The position numbers and the translations under genes were made by a program. Source: Candidatus Onthousia excrementipullorum (GTDB taxonomy: Bacteria; Bacillota_I; Bacilli_A; RF39; UBA660). From it: a DNA stretch of 64,000 nucleotides. The notes under the pieces are model-generated. The model saw only the letters and a list, made by a program, of their open reading frames with translations, was not told the origin of the DNA and did no database searches. This document shows, one piece after another, positions 38,203 to 47,440 of the stretch. Position 1 is the first letter of the stretch; each line of letters begins with the position of its first letter. The DNA lies in NCBI GenBank assembly GCA_018712385.1, contig DVHC01000062.1:72208-136207 (forward strand), read 5' to 3'.

Positions 38203-39558
38203 TTACTTTCCTACACAGAAGTTTGCAAATAACTCATCTAATAGCTCATCACTATAGCTTTCTCCTGTAATAGAACCTAGTATATCAAACACTTCTTTTA
38301 AATCTATTTCTATTATATCAACAGGTTCATCATTATCTAAACTAACTTTAGCTTGGCTTAAACTCTTTAGAGCTTGTTTAGCAAGGCTCAACTGTCTTTC
38401 ATTAGCAAGATAAGTGTAGTCATCTTCTTTTATCTCAGATAATTTAAACATACTCTTTATCTCTTCTTTTAGGGGTTCTATTCCATCTAGTGTATTAGTA
38501 TTAGTACTTACAATATGTTTAAAGTCTAACTTAGATTTATCTATTTTACTTGGTAAATCGTTTTTATTTAAAACTATGATTGGATTTTTGTCTTTAACTT
38601 TATCTAAGATAAACTTATCATTATCAGTTAATTCTTCACTAGAGTTTAATACCACTATAATAAGGTTAGCTTTATCTATTAAAGATAAACTCTTCTCTAC
38701 TCCTATTTTTTCGGCTAAGTTATCTGTGTCTCTTATTCCTGCTGTATCAATTAGGGATAATTCTATACCATCAAAGATAATACTTCCTTCAACAATATCT
38801 CTTGTTGTTCCTTCAATATCAGTAACAATTGCTTTATCCTCTTTTAAAAATCTATTTAAAATGCTACTCTTACCTACATTAGGCCTTCCTATTATTATAG
38901 TTTTTATACCATTTTTGATAATCTGTCTTTCCTCTGACTTTGTTACTAAGTTCTTTAAATCCTTTTCAAGACTAGTTATTACTTCTTTTAACTCTTTTCT
39001 AGTAACCTCTTCTATATCATAGTACTCAGGATAGTCGATATTAACCTCGATATTGGCTAGAACATGTTTTAGTTTATCTCTAAAACTATTAATATATTTT
39101 TTTAAAGAACCTTCTAAGGATGATAAAGCTAGTTTCCTACTATTATCAGTCTTACTTTCTATTAAATCCATTACAGCTTCAGCTTCGGTTAAATCTATTC
39201 TACCATTAAGAAAAGCTCTTTTCGTAAATTCTCCAGCTTCTGCCCTTCTTCCTCCGTTTTCTATTAATAAATCAAGAATTCTAAGTGTTGTAGCGATACC
39301 ACCATGACAATTTATTTCCACAATATCTTCTCTTGTAAATGTTTTAGGAGCCCTCATTACTGATACTAATACTTCATCTATATCTTCTTTACCATCATGA
39401 ATAAACCCATAATTTATAGTATGAGACTCTACTTTTGTTAAATCTTTTCCTCTAAAGATTTTATTTACTAAGGAAATAGCATTATCTCCACTTACTCTTA
39501 TAATAGAGATAGCCCCTACTCCTAGTTTCGTTGATATGGCAACTATGGTATCAGACAT
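38203..39558 (-). CDS. mnmE: tRNA modification GTPase MnmE (TrmE/ThdF)
   Basis: DTIVAISTKLGVGAISIIRVSG, G-domain GRPNVGKSS / DTAG / NKND and the C-terminal FCVGK. Confidence 0.95.
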   Translation of the reverse strand: MSDTIVAISTKLGVGAISIIRVSGDNAISLVNKIFRGKDLTKVESHTINYGFIHDGKEDIDEVLVSVMRAPKTFTREDIVEINCHGGIATTLRILDLLIENGGRRAEAGEFTKRAFLNGRIDLTEAEAVMDLIESKTDNSRKLALSSLEGSLKKYINSFRDKLKHVLANIEVNIDYPEYYDIEEVTRKELKEVITSLEKDLKNLVTKSEERQIIKNGIKTIIIGRPNVGKSSILNRFLKEDKAIVTDIEGTTRDIVEGSIIFDGIELSLIDTAGIRDTDNLAEKIGVEKSLSLIDKANLIIVVLNSSEELTDNDKFILDKVKDKNPIIVLNKNDLPSKIDKSKLDFKHIVSTNTNTLDGIEPLKEEIKSMFKLSEIKEDDYTYLANERQLSLAKQALKSLSQAKVSLDNDEPVDIIEIDLKEVFDILGSITGESYSDELLDELFANFCVGK

Positions 39559-40267
39559 TTTTCATTACTCCTATTCTTTTTACTTTATCTTTATCTTTAG
39601 ATATACCTAAAGCTTTATAAACTTCTGTTCCAAAGAATGCTTCTTGTTCTCTTTCTGTTAAACTATCTTTTTCATTTAAATATTCTAATTTTATTGATGG
39701 TAGTTCTTTTACATTCTTTATATCATAATTATGAGGATTTTCATATACCTTATAACTTAATATATCATTTACTACCTTATCATCTTCGTATACTTTATAA
39801 GCTTGCAAAGAGTTCCTTACAGCATTTATATAATTATTTAACTCTTCTATAGTAAAGCTTGCTGGTAATCCTTCTTGTTCCTTTAAATTAATTAAGTGTT
39901 TTAGTGCTGTTACAGGAGAGTATAAAACCTTGTCTTCTCTTTCTTTATTATATATTATACCATTTACGGAAATTAGATTTTCAAGATAATTTAATTTTTC
40001 TTGATAATATTTTATAGTTATGGGAGTTTCCTCATATTGTTTTACTACTACATAATTATCTTTCAACTCTTCTATTCTTTTTATTAATTCAATGGATTTT
40101 ATTATATTAGAAGTTTTATCTATTTCTTGTTTTAGGGCAATATATTCTTGTACTGCTTCTAAAGCTTCTAAACTTTTTATCCCATTCTTTATAACATCTA
40201 TTTCAGTAGTTAATTGTAACTTTAAAAATTCTAAATCATTAATTGTATCTGCAACTATTTCTTGCAT
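39551..40267 (-). CDS. Hypothetical, probably coiled-coil protein; its stop overlaps the mnmE start by 8 nt
   Basis: 238-aa ORF with a GGAAAGGAAGGTG RBS upstream of the ATG. Heptad-like Glu/Lys/Leu/Ile-rich N-half; no family recognised. Confidence 0.5.
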   Translation of the reverse strand: MQEIVADTINDLEFLKLQLTTEIDVIKNGIKSLEALEAVQEYIALKQEIDKTSNIIKSIELIKRIEELKDNYVVVKQYEETPITIKYYQEKLNYLENLISVNGIIYNKEREDKVLYSPVTALKHLINLKEQEGLPASFTIEELNNYINAVRNSLQAYKVYEDDKVVNDILSYKVYENPHNYDIKNVKELPSIKLEYLNEKDSLTEREQEAFFGTEVYKALGISKDKDKVKRIGVMKNV

Positions 40268-40370
40268 ATAACACCTTCCTTTCCTTTTTTCAGTCTTATT
40301 ATTATATAGATATTTTGTGATACTGTAAAGGTCAAATAAGGAAAGTTTTATAAATTAGTCAAAACTTTAC

Positions 40371-40395
40371 AAAAAAAGAACCTAGTCACGAGGTT
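40371..40395 (-). terminator. Weak intrinsic terminator after jag
   Basis: Minus strand reads AACCT-CGTGACT-AGGTT-C-TTTTTTT. The stem includes the jag stop codon. Confidence 0.4.
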
Positions 40396-40990
40396 TTATA
40401 ACAACACAACGATTAGGTTCTTCTCCTACACTCTCAGTATAGACATATTTATTATTATTTAAAATATTATGTACTAGCCTTCTTTGATATGAGTTCATGG
40501 AATCCATCTTTACTTCTACTTTTGTTTCTCTTACTTCTCTTGCTAACTTCTTGGCAAGGCGTTCAACTCTTCTATCATTCTTTTCTTTGTAGTCACTTAC
40601 ATCTATTAAGAAACGATAGTTACTATTTATCTCTTTTGTTAGTATAGCATTTACTACAGTTGTTAAGGCTTTTAAATTTTTACCATCTTTTCCTATTAAT
40701 AAGGCATCATTAGTAGAATATAAACGATATGTTGGGGTATTATTATTAACAGTTATTTCTATTTCAACATCAAAGCCCATATCTTTTAATAGAGTTTTAA
40801 TTAATTTTTTTAGATAGTCTTTTACTTCTCTTTTTTCTATTACTTCTATCTCTACTTTTTTAGATAGTAAAGTTTTCTTTTCTTCTTTAGTATTTATTAT
40901 TAAGTTTTCTTCTAACTCTTGTAAATCTATTTTAGCTTTGTTAACAGCTTCTTCATATGTTTTCCCTGTATACTCGTGTTTATTTACCAT
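40382..40990 (-). CDS. jag: Jag/KhpB RNA-binding protein (Jag_N, KH, R3H domains)
   Basis: 202 aa; KH-like LLIGKDGKNLKAL and an R3H region SYQRRLVHNIL. It follows yidC. Confidence 0.85.
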   Translation of the reverse strand: MVNKHEYTGKTYEEAVNKAKIDLQELEENLIINTKEEKKTLLSKKVEIEVIEKREVKDYLKKLIKTLLKDMGFDVEIEITVNNNTPTYRLYSTNDALLIGKDGKNLKALTTVVNAILTKEINSNYRFLIDVSDYKEKNDRRVERLAKKLAREVRETKVEVKMDSMNSYQRRLVHNILNNNKYVYTESVGEEPNRCVVIKPRD

Positions 40991-41909
40991 GTTTTTCCAT
41001 CCCCCTCATTACAACAATATTTTGAACAATAGCGAATATATTACCTACTGACCAATATATTCCTAGAGCAGCTGGCATGAAAAATGCAGTTATAATAATA
41101 ATTACACTCATCATGATAGGCATCATTTTCATTGATGGGTCACTTGCACTATTATTGGTTGTTTTAAACATTAAAATTGTTGAGGCACCTATTATAAGAA
41201 TAAGAATTATGTACATATAGAAGGTACTACTGCCAAAACCTACTAGTGGCGTTGTTCCTAACTGTATTCCTAGGAAGTTTTCTTCAAATATTGCAGGTAC
41301 CCTATTTATCGCTTCTAAGAATGCTAATAATAGAGGAAGTTGTATAAATGAGATTAAACAACTTGTTAGAGGATTAAAGTTATACTTTTTATAAACCATC
41401 ATCATTTCTTGATTTTGTTTTAACATAGAGTCTTGGTCTGTTTTACCTTCATACTTCTTTTGAATTCTAGCAAGTTCAGGAGAAGCTTTTTTCATCATTT
41501 CACTTTGTACTGCCATTTTTCTTGTGAATGGGAATAATATTAATCTTATTATAATAGTAATAATGATAATACTTAAAGCAAAACTACCAATATATTTACC
41601 TAATGTTAAGATTAAAAATGCTAGTGGTTTAACAAATATTCCAGTCCATAGTCCATCATATTCTGTTGAACCTGGTGTAAATTCTGAACACTTTGGTAAA
41701 TCTTTTAGTTTAACACCATTTTTTTCATATAACTTTCTAGTTTGTTCATTTTCTGGTTGGCAAAGAATATTTTCTGTTAAAGACTGCCCTGTTTCAGGAT
41801 TTTTTACCGGTTCATTATCTTTATTTACTAAAGTTGTAGTACATCCTGTTACTAGAAATAGTAACATTATTATAATAATTATCTTTGATTTTATTTTTCT
41901 TTTTTTCAT
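40980..41909 (-). CDS. yidC: Membrane protein insertase YidC/SpoIIIJ (lipoprotein type)
   Basis: Lipobox LFLVTGC; multi-TM; RLILFPFTRK and MMPIMM motifs. Sits in the rnpA-yidC-jag order. Confidence 0.9.
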   Translation of the reverse strand: MKKRKIKSKIIIIIMLLFLVTGCTTTLVNKDNEPVKNPETGQSLTENILCQPENEQTRKLYEKNGVKLKDLPKCSEFTPGSTEYDGLWTGIFVKPLAFLILTLGKYIGSFALSIIIITIIIRLILFPFTRKMAVQSEMMKKASPELARIQKKYEGKTDQDSMLKQNQEMMMVYKKYNFNPLTSCLISFIQLPLLLAFLEAINRVPAIFEENFLGIQLGTTPLVGFGSSTFYMYIILILIIGASTILMFKTTNNSASDPSMKMMPIMMSVIIIITAFFMPAALGIYWSVGNIFAIVQNIVVMRGMEKHGK

Positions 41910-41919
41910 ACAATGCTCC

Positions 41920-42246
41920 TTACTTAATTTTATCTAATAAATATTGTAAGCTGCTAGATAGTTCTTGATAAGATAGATTTAGACAGCTGTTTCTTATAAT
42001 TATAATACAATTATAGTTTTTTTCATAGTTTTTGTTGTAGTTTCTGATAATTGCTCTAACCTTTCTTTTTAGGTTATTTCTAATATGAGCCTTCCCTACT
42101 TTCTTTGGAACGGTTATTCCATACTTAGTAGGAGAATCTTTTTTTTCTTTATAAAAGATGACAAAGTTATAGTTCTTTATCTTTTTACCACTTTCTATTA
42201 CTTCATCAAAGACTCTACTTTCTTTTACTATATACTTCTTGTTCAT
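41920..42246 (-). CDS. rnpA: Ribonuclease P protein component
   Basis: Basic protein with ...KKVGKAHIRNNLKRKVRAI... (RNR motif region). Start moved to MNKKYIVKES (42246). Confidence 0.85.
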   Translation of the reverse strand: MNKKYIVKESRVFDEVIESGKKIKNYNFVIFYKEKKDSPTKYGITVPKKVGKAHIRNNLKRKVRAIIRNYNKNYEKNYNCIIIIRNSCLNLSYQELSSSLQYLLDKIK

Positions 42247-42291
42247 TTTATCACGTCCCAAATTTAAAAAACACTGCAAAAACAGTGAATT

Positions 42292-42420
42292 TTATTTTAC
42301 TAATTCTTTACGTCCCTTCTTACGACGAGCATTTAAAATATTACCAGCACTTGCTTTACGAGCGAAGAATCCATGTTTCTTTGCTCTTCTTCTTTGGTTT
42401 GGTTGATATGTTCTTTTCAT
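42292..42420 (-). CDS. rpmH: 50S ribosomal protein L34
   Basis: Not in the ORF track (42 aa). Reverse translation gives [42 protein letters not shown], with a GGAGGTG RBS upstream. Confidence 0.9.
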   Translation of the reverse strand: MKRTYQPNQRRRAKKHGFFARKASAGNILNARRKKGRKELVK

Positions 42421-42450
42421 TATAACACCTCCAGACTTGAAATCTACATT

Positions 42451-42480
42451 ATTATAATAGTTAGTATCTTACTTTGTCAA
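42451..42480 (-). promoter_or_regulatory. Strong sigma-A-type promoter for rpmH-rnpA
   Basis: Minus strand reads TTGACA (42475-42480), 18 nt, TATAAT (42451-42456). Confidence 0.6.
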
Positions 42481-42489
42481 GAAAATATT

Positions 42490-42705
42490 TTAGCGACTTT
42501 TACCTTTTCTTTCTTCATTCTCATTTGCATCATCATTATTATAATTAAAGATAATTCCTTGAAATAAATCATCTTTTTCTCCTAATGGCTTTAAAGGCGC
42601 CACATATGTTAGTTTAATACCAAGTTCTTTATTAAGATTTGGGGCACATACTCTTCTTTTAATTCTCTCTATTTCCTCTAGAGGAAATTTACCTAAATAT
42701 GACAT
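42490..42705 (-). CDS. Hypothetical 71-aa protein encoded between the oriC DnaA-box cluster and rpmH
   Basis: ORF-track entry with AGAGGAG 10 nt upstream of the ATG. No family recognised. Confidence 0.4.
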   Translation of the reverse strand: MSYLGKFPLEEIERIKRRVCAPNLNKELGIKLTYVAPLKPLGEKDDLFQGIIFNYNNDDANENEERKGKSR

Positions 42706-42747
42706 ATAACTATCACTCCTCTTTAAATTTTATCATATTTCTTTTAC

Positions 42748-42923
42748 TTTTTCCACTATTTCCACATGATGTGGAAAACAGATATTAACTTGTGAATTAT
42801 AATTTTGTGGAAAATGTGGAAAACTCTGTTTTTTGTTGATATATGTCGATTTTAGTTGTGGAGAAATTTGTCGAAAAATTGTGGAAAACTAAAAAATTAA
42901 AAATACCTATTCCTTTTTCCACA
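42748..42923. promoter_or_regulatory. oriC left part: DnaA-box cluster upstream of dnaA (also the dnaA promoter/autoregulatory region)
   Basis: TTTTCCACA-type boxes, in either orientation, at 42748-42756 (TTTTCCACT), 42758-42766 (ATTTCCACA), 42770-42778, 42806-42814 and 42815-42823 (two abutting TGTGGAAAA), 42857-42865 (TGTGGAGAA), 42880-42888 and 42915-42923. Confidence 0.85.
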
Positions 42924-42974
42924 AATTTAGAGTATTATAATGGTAATTTAGGAATTCAGGTGGGAGGTGATAGG

Positions 42975-44348
42975 GTGAATGTCGAAATTCTATGGCAAAA
43001 TGTTCTAAAAGAGATAAAAGATGAACTTTCATCCCTAGCTTTCGACACTTGGTTTAGTGATGTTAAACTTATTAGTTTAGATAATGGGGTAGCGATTATT
43101 GAAGTACCTATGTCTATTCATAAAAAACATTTATCTGATAATTACTTTGAACTTATTAGAATGGCTTTAAATAAGGTAACAGGAACAAATTTTGAGTTAG
43201 AGTTTTTGTTGCCAGATGAAATTAATAACAGAAAAGTGGAAAAAGAGAAAGAAGAAGAACAAAAGATAGAGGAAGGTGTTCCTAAGTCTTTTAAAAATCA
43301 GTCTAATCTTAATCCTAAATATAATTTTGAGAACTTTATAGTAGGTAATAGTAATAAATTTGCCCAAGCGGCAGCCTTATCAGTTGCGGAAAATCCTGGT
43401 AAAATGTATAATCCTTTATTTATATACGGTAATAGTGGACTAGGAAAGACACATTTAATGCATGCGATAGGTAATTATATTGTGGAAAATTCTAATAGAA
43501 GAGTTCTTTATGTTACTAGTGACCAGTTTAGAGATGATTTTGTTGGTATTAATAAAAAAGACGAGAAGGGGACTAACTTTAGTTATATAGACTTCTTTAA
43601 AAATAAATATAGAAATATTGATGTCTTAATAATTGATGATATTCAGTTTCTTGGAGGAGCGACTCAAACACAACAAGAGTTTTTCCACACCTTTACTAAT
43701 CTTTATAATGATTCTAAACAGATAATTATATCTTCAGATAGGTCTCCTAATGATTTAAAACTATTAGAGGAACGTCTTAGAACAAGGTTTTGTTGGGGAC
43801 TTACTGTTAATATTTATCCACCTGATTTTGAACTTAGAAAAGAAATACTCCGTAAAAAAATAATAGCAGGTAACTTTGAAGCTGAAATACCAGAAGATGT
43901 TATTGAATACATTGCTTCTAATATGGGAAGTGATGTAAGACAACTAGAGGGCTCTATTACAAGACTTGTTGCTTATTCAACTATTATGGGAGGAGCGAAG
44001 ATAGATATTAACCTTGCAATTGAAGCTTTGAAAGACTTTATTAGTAAAGGACTTAGTGAAAAGAATGATATAACAAGAATTCAAAAGATAGTGGCAGAGT
44101 ATTTTCAGATATCAGTTGAAGATATAAGAAGTAAGAAAAGAAGTAGTAACATTGCTTTTCCTAGACAAATTGCTATGTATTTATGTAGAAAACTTACTAG
44201 TGAATCTTTTCCTAAAATTGGGACAGAGTTTGGAGGAAAAGACCATTCAACAGTAATGCATTCCGTTGAGAAAATTGAACAAGAGATTAAAAATAATAGT
44301 GATTTAGCAGGGATAATTAAGAAACTTGAAAATGATTTGAAACCATAG
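42975..44348 (+). CDS. dnaA: Chromosomal replication initiator protein DnaA
   Basis: Motifs: Walker A GNSGLGKTHL, IDDIQFL, and the C-terminal DNA-binding domain (FGGKDHSTVMHS). Start moved from the track ATG at 42843 to the GTG at 42975 (xNVEILWQNVLKEIK), 7 nt after GGGAGG. The longer ORF would read through the DnaA-box cluster. Confidence 0.95.
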   Translation: MNVEILWQNVLKEIKDELSSLAFDTWFSDVKLISLDNGVAIIEVPMSIHKKHLSDNYFELIRMALNKVTGTNFELEFLLPDEINNRKVEKEKEEEQKIEEGVPKSFKNQSNLNPKYNFENFIVGNSNKFAQAAALSVAENPGKMYNPLFIYGNSGLGKTHLMHAIGNYIVENSNRRVLYVTSDQFRDDFVGINKKDEKGTNFSYIDFFKNKYRNIDVLIIDDIQFLGGATQTQQEFFHTFTNLYNDSKQIIISSDRSPNDLKLLEERLRTRFCWGLTVNIYPPDFELRKEILRKKIIAGNFEAEIPEDVIEYIASNMGSDVRQLEGSITRLVAYSTIMGGAKIDINLAIEALKDFISKGLSEKNDITRIQKIVAEYFQISVEDIRSKKRSSNIAFPRQIAMYLCRKLTSESFPKIGTEFGGKDHSTVMHSVEKIEQEIKNNSDLAGIIKKLENDLKP

Positions 44349-44376
44349 TTGTTGAAAAGTTTTAGTTTTAAACTTT

Positions 44377-44488
44377 TTATCCACAAGCATTGTTAATAAA
44401 AAATATGATATAATATAAAGGAAAATTAGGGTTTTCCACATTTTCCACTCTATAAATAAAAATAATATATAAGAAAGAAGGAATAATA
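44377..44488. promoter_or_regulatory. oriC right part: DnaA boxes plus an AT-rich candidate unwinding region between dnaA and dnaN
   Basis: Perfect TTATCCACA at 44377-44385, TTTTCCACA at 44432-44440 and TTTTCCACT at 44441-44449, followed by an almost pure A/T stretch up to the dnaN RBS. Confidence 0.7.
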
Positions 44489-45616
44489 ATGAAATTTACA
44501 ATAAAAAAAGAAGTGTTAATGGAAGCGATTAATAAAGTAAGTAAGGCTATATCAAGTAGGAATGTTATTCCAGTTTTAGCTGGTATTAAATTTGAACTTA
44601 CTAGTAAAAAGTTAGTTTTAACTGCTAGTGATAACGATATTACTATTCAAACTCATATTGATTGTGATAATGAAGAGATTATTAAAGTAAAAGAAGAGGG
44701 TAGTATCATTATTCAAGGTAAGTATATTTCTGATATTGTTAGGAAATTACCAGATCCTTATATAAATATAGAAGTAGTTGATGAACTTAAGATTCTTATT
44801 TATACAGAAAATAGTGAATTTAACTTAAATGGTATTAGTGAAAGTGAATATCCTAATATAGATTTAGGGGAGAGTAAGAGTCATATAGAACTTTTACCTA
44901 GTGTTTTAAAAGAAATAGTTAATCAAACAGCATTTGCAACTTCTATAGATGAAAATAAAGCGATATTAAATGGTATTAACTTTAATATAACAGGAGATAT
45001 GCTAGAATGTAATGCAACAGATTCTTATAGATTGGCTAGAAAAGTTATAAAATTAGATAAAGTTAGTAAAGAAAACCAAAATATTGTAATTCCTAGTAGA
45101 AATTTAGTAGAATTTACAAGAATTATTGATGATAGTGATGAAATGATAGAAATTCATATCTTTAATAATAAGATTTTATTTAAATATCAAAACCTTTTGT
45201 TTCAATCTAGATTAATAAATGGAACATATCCTAATACATCTAATCTTTTACCAAAAGACTATTTAGTTAAATTACATTTTAATATTAATCAATTCTATGA
45301 TGTTGTTGACAGAGTTAGTATTTTAACTAGTGATAAAGATAAAAATACAGTAACACTTGAAACTGATGGCAATAATTTAATAATGAAATCATCTAGTGCA
45401 GAGATTGGTAGAGTAGAAGAGAAAATGACTATTACTAAAGACCAGGATATTGATGTTAAAGTATCATTTAGCTCTAAATATATGATGGATGCTTTAAAAT
45501 CATTTAATACAGAGACTGTAGAATTACATTTTGTAGGGGAAATTAAACCAATTTTATTAAAAAGTTCTGAAGATGAGACCCTAACTCAGTTAGTTTTACC
45601 TATTAGAACTTACTAA
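44489..45616 (+). CDS. dnaN: DNA polymerase III beta sliding clamp
   Basis: 375 aa; MKFTIKKEVL...VLAGIKFEL...ATDSYRLA...LVLPIRTY. Confidence 0.95.
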   Translation: MKFTIKKEVLMEAINKVSKAISSRNVIPVLAGIKFELTSKKLVLTASDNDITIQTHIDCDNEEIIKVKEEGSIIIQGKYISDIVRKLPDPYINIEVVDELKILIYTENSEFNLNGISESEYPNIDLGESKSHIELLPSVLKEIVNQTAFATSIDENKAILNGINFNITGDMLECNATDSYRLARKVIKLDKVSKENQNIVIPSRNLVEFTRIIDDSDEMIEIHIFNNKILFKYQNLLFQSRLINGTYPNTSNLLPKDYLVKLHFNINQFYDVVDRVSILTSDKDKNTVTLETDGNNLIMKSSSAEIGRVEEKMTITKDQDIDVKVSFSSKYMMDALKSFNTETVELHFVGEIKPILLKSSEDETLTQLVLPIRTY

Positions 45617-45754
45617 ATTTTGAAAATTTGAGGAAAAAAGTAAGGAAATTTTACTTTTTTTTTACTTTTGCGACAAAAAAATACCTTTTTCGACAATATA
45701 ATATAGTAGACTGATAGCAAAGCAAGGAATTGCTTTTTGAAGGGGGAAATTTTT

Positions 45755-46213
45755 GTGAAAGATTATGAAATTAATGATGAGACACTTGCGATTATGCCTG
45801 GGGGAGATTTATGGGATTCAGTTGTAGTTGAAGATGACTGTAATTATGAGGTTAAGATGAAACCTTTAGAAATAGTTGATTATAGTTGTAGGTACTTTGG
45901 AAGTTCTTATGAAGGAAGAAAAACGGGAGCAGGGGAAATACTAAACAGTTCTTATAAAGTTCCTGTTATGGTTGAAGATACTAAGAATTTAATATTTTTT
46001 CCTACTACTAGTCCAATAGATGATGACTGTAGTTGGATATCTTTAAAAAATATTAAGAGTTATAGTAAACTTACTAGTACTAAAACACAGGTAGAATTTA
46101 AAAATGGTAAGGTACTTACTGTTGATATATCTTATAATTCCTTTAATAATCAGGTAATGAGAGCGAGTAGATTAGAATCTATAATAAGAAGCAGAAAAGA
46201 AAAAGCAAAATAA
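45755..46213 (+). CDS. comK: ComK-family competence transcription factor
   Basis: MKPLEIVDYSCRYFGSSYEGRKTGA and ISYNSFNNQVMRASRL closely parallel B. subtilis ComK (MKPLQIVDRSCRFFGSSYAGRKAGT; ISYNSFENQVYRTAWL, from memory). Start moved to the GTG at 45755 after AAGGGGGA. Confidence 0.85.
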   Translation: MKDYEINDETLAIMPGGDLWDSVVVEDDCNYEVKMKPLEIVDYSCRYFGSSYEGRKTGAGEILNSSYKVPVMVEDTKNLIFFPTTSPIDDDCSWISLKNIKSYSKLTSTKTQVEFKNGKVLTVDISYNSFNNQVMRASRLESIIRSRKEKAK

Positions 46214-46321
46214 TTGCTTTTTTTCTGTTTATTTAGGGCTAAATATGGTATAATATTCTTGCGTGTATAGGAGTACTAAAATAGGGTGTAGGTGATTATA
46301 TGGTCGTTTTTTTGAGCAAAT

Positions 46322-47437
46322 ATGATAATTAGGTCCTTAAAAGTTACGAATTTTCGTAATTATGATAAATTTAATATAACTTTAGGTAGTAAAATGAATA
46401 TTTTTATTGGAAATAATGCTAGTGGTAAGACAAATATACTTGAAGCTATTGCAATACTTGGACTTACTAAATCCTTTAGAAATGGCTTAGATGCTGATGT
46501 TATTAAGTTTGATAGAAAGAAAGCTGTTATTGAGGGTAGAGTTTTGAATAATAAGCAGATTAAAGACTTGAAGATAGAGTTTTTAGAGAAAGATAAAAAT
46601 ATCTTTGTAAATAATAAAAAAGTTAAAAAATATGCTTCTTATATTTCTAATTTAAACATTATTATTTTTACACCTAATGATTTAGATATTATAAAGGGAT
46701 CACCTAGTATCAGAAGGAATTTACTTAATATGGCATTGTCACAAATTTCTTATTCTTATTTAGTTACTTATAATGAATATAATAAAATTTTAAAGACACG
46801 TAATGAATATCTTAAAATATTATTTACTAATGGAATTGCTGATAAAGCTTATTTAGATGTTTTAACAGATAAGTTAGTAGAGAAAGCTGTTTTGATTTAT
46901 AGGGAGAGATTTAAGTATTTATCTTTAATTAATAGTTATATTAGTGATATTTATAATAATATTACAGAAGATAAAAGATTATTAAAAATAGAATATAGTC
47001 CTAATATATCTATTAGTTCTTATGAAGAGGAAGAGTTAAGGAAAGTTCTTATTAATACTTATAAGAAGAATTATAGAAGAGAATTAAGTGCTGGTATGAC
47101 GCTATTTGGGCCTCATAGAGACGATTTTTCCTTTATTATGGATAATAATATAGATATGAAGATTTATGCGTCAGAGGGGCAGCAGAAATGCGCTGTACTT
47201 GCTTATAAACTTGCTTCTATTCCAATATTTAAAGAAAATAATGGAACTAATCCGGTACTTCTTTTAGATGATATATTTAGTGAACTTGATTTAACAAAGA
47301 GAAATAAGCTTTTAAAATATGTAAGTCGAGATATTCAGAGTATTATAACAACTACTGATTTAAAAAATATTTCTAAGAAAACTTTAGATAGTGCAGTTAT
47401 ATTTAAAGTTAATGAAGGAAAAGTAGAGAGGAGTTAG
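46322..47437 (+). CDS. recF: DNA replication and repair protein RecF
   Basis: LKVTNFRNY, Walker A GNNASGKTNILEA, the SEGQQK signature and LLLDDIFSELD. Confidence 0.95.
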   Translation: MIIRSLKVTNFRNYDKFNITLGSKMNIFIGNNASGKTNILEAIAILGLTKSFRNGLDADVIKFDRKKAVIEGRVLNNKQIKDLKIEFLEKDKNIFVNNKKVKKYASYISNLNIIIFTPNDLDIIKGSPSIRRNLLNMALSQISYSYLVTYNEYNKILKTRNEYLKILFTNGIADKAYLDVLTDKLVEKAVLIYRERFKYLSLINSYISDIYNNITEDKRLLKIEYSPNISISSYEEEELRKVLINTYKKNYRRELSAGMTLFGPHRDDFSFIMDNNIDMKIYASEGQQKCAVLAYKLASIPIFKENNGTNPVLLLDDIFSELDLTKRNKLLKYVSRDIQSIITTTDLKNISKKTLDSAVIFKVNEGKVERS

Positions 47438-47440
47438 AAT

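Noticed and set aside
42373-42567. Plus-strand 64-aa ORF overlapping rpmH and its promoter.
   Set aside because: It is antisense to the unmistakable L34 gene and to the TTGACA-18-TATAAT promoter, and has no RBS.
42843-42974. The 44-codon N-terminal extension of dnaA in the ORF track (start at 42843).
   Set aside because: The extension reads through four to five DnaA boxes and has no RBS. The GTG at 42975 has an ideal GGGAGG spacing and gives a canonical DnaA N-terminus.
45617-45754. A possible promoter or terminator and ComK-box structure in the dnaN-comK spacer (weak AT hairpin AAAAGTAA...TTACTTTT; TTGCGA ... TATAAT).
   Set aside because: The -35/-10 spacing is 23 nt, which is too long. 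The hairpin is entirely A/T, and only one A4-N5-T4 half-box is visible. This is too weak to annotate as a feature.
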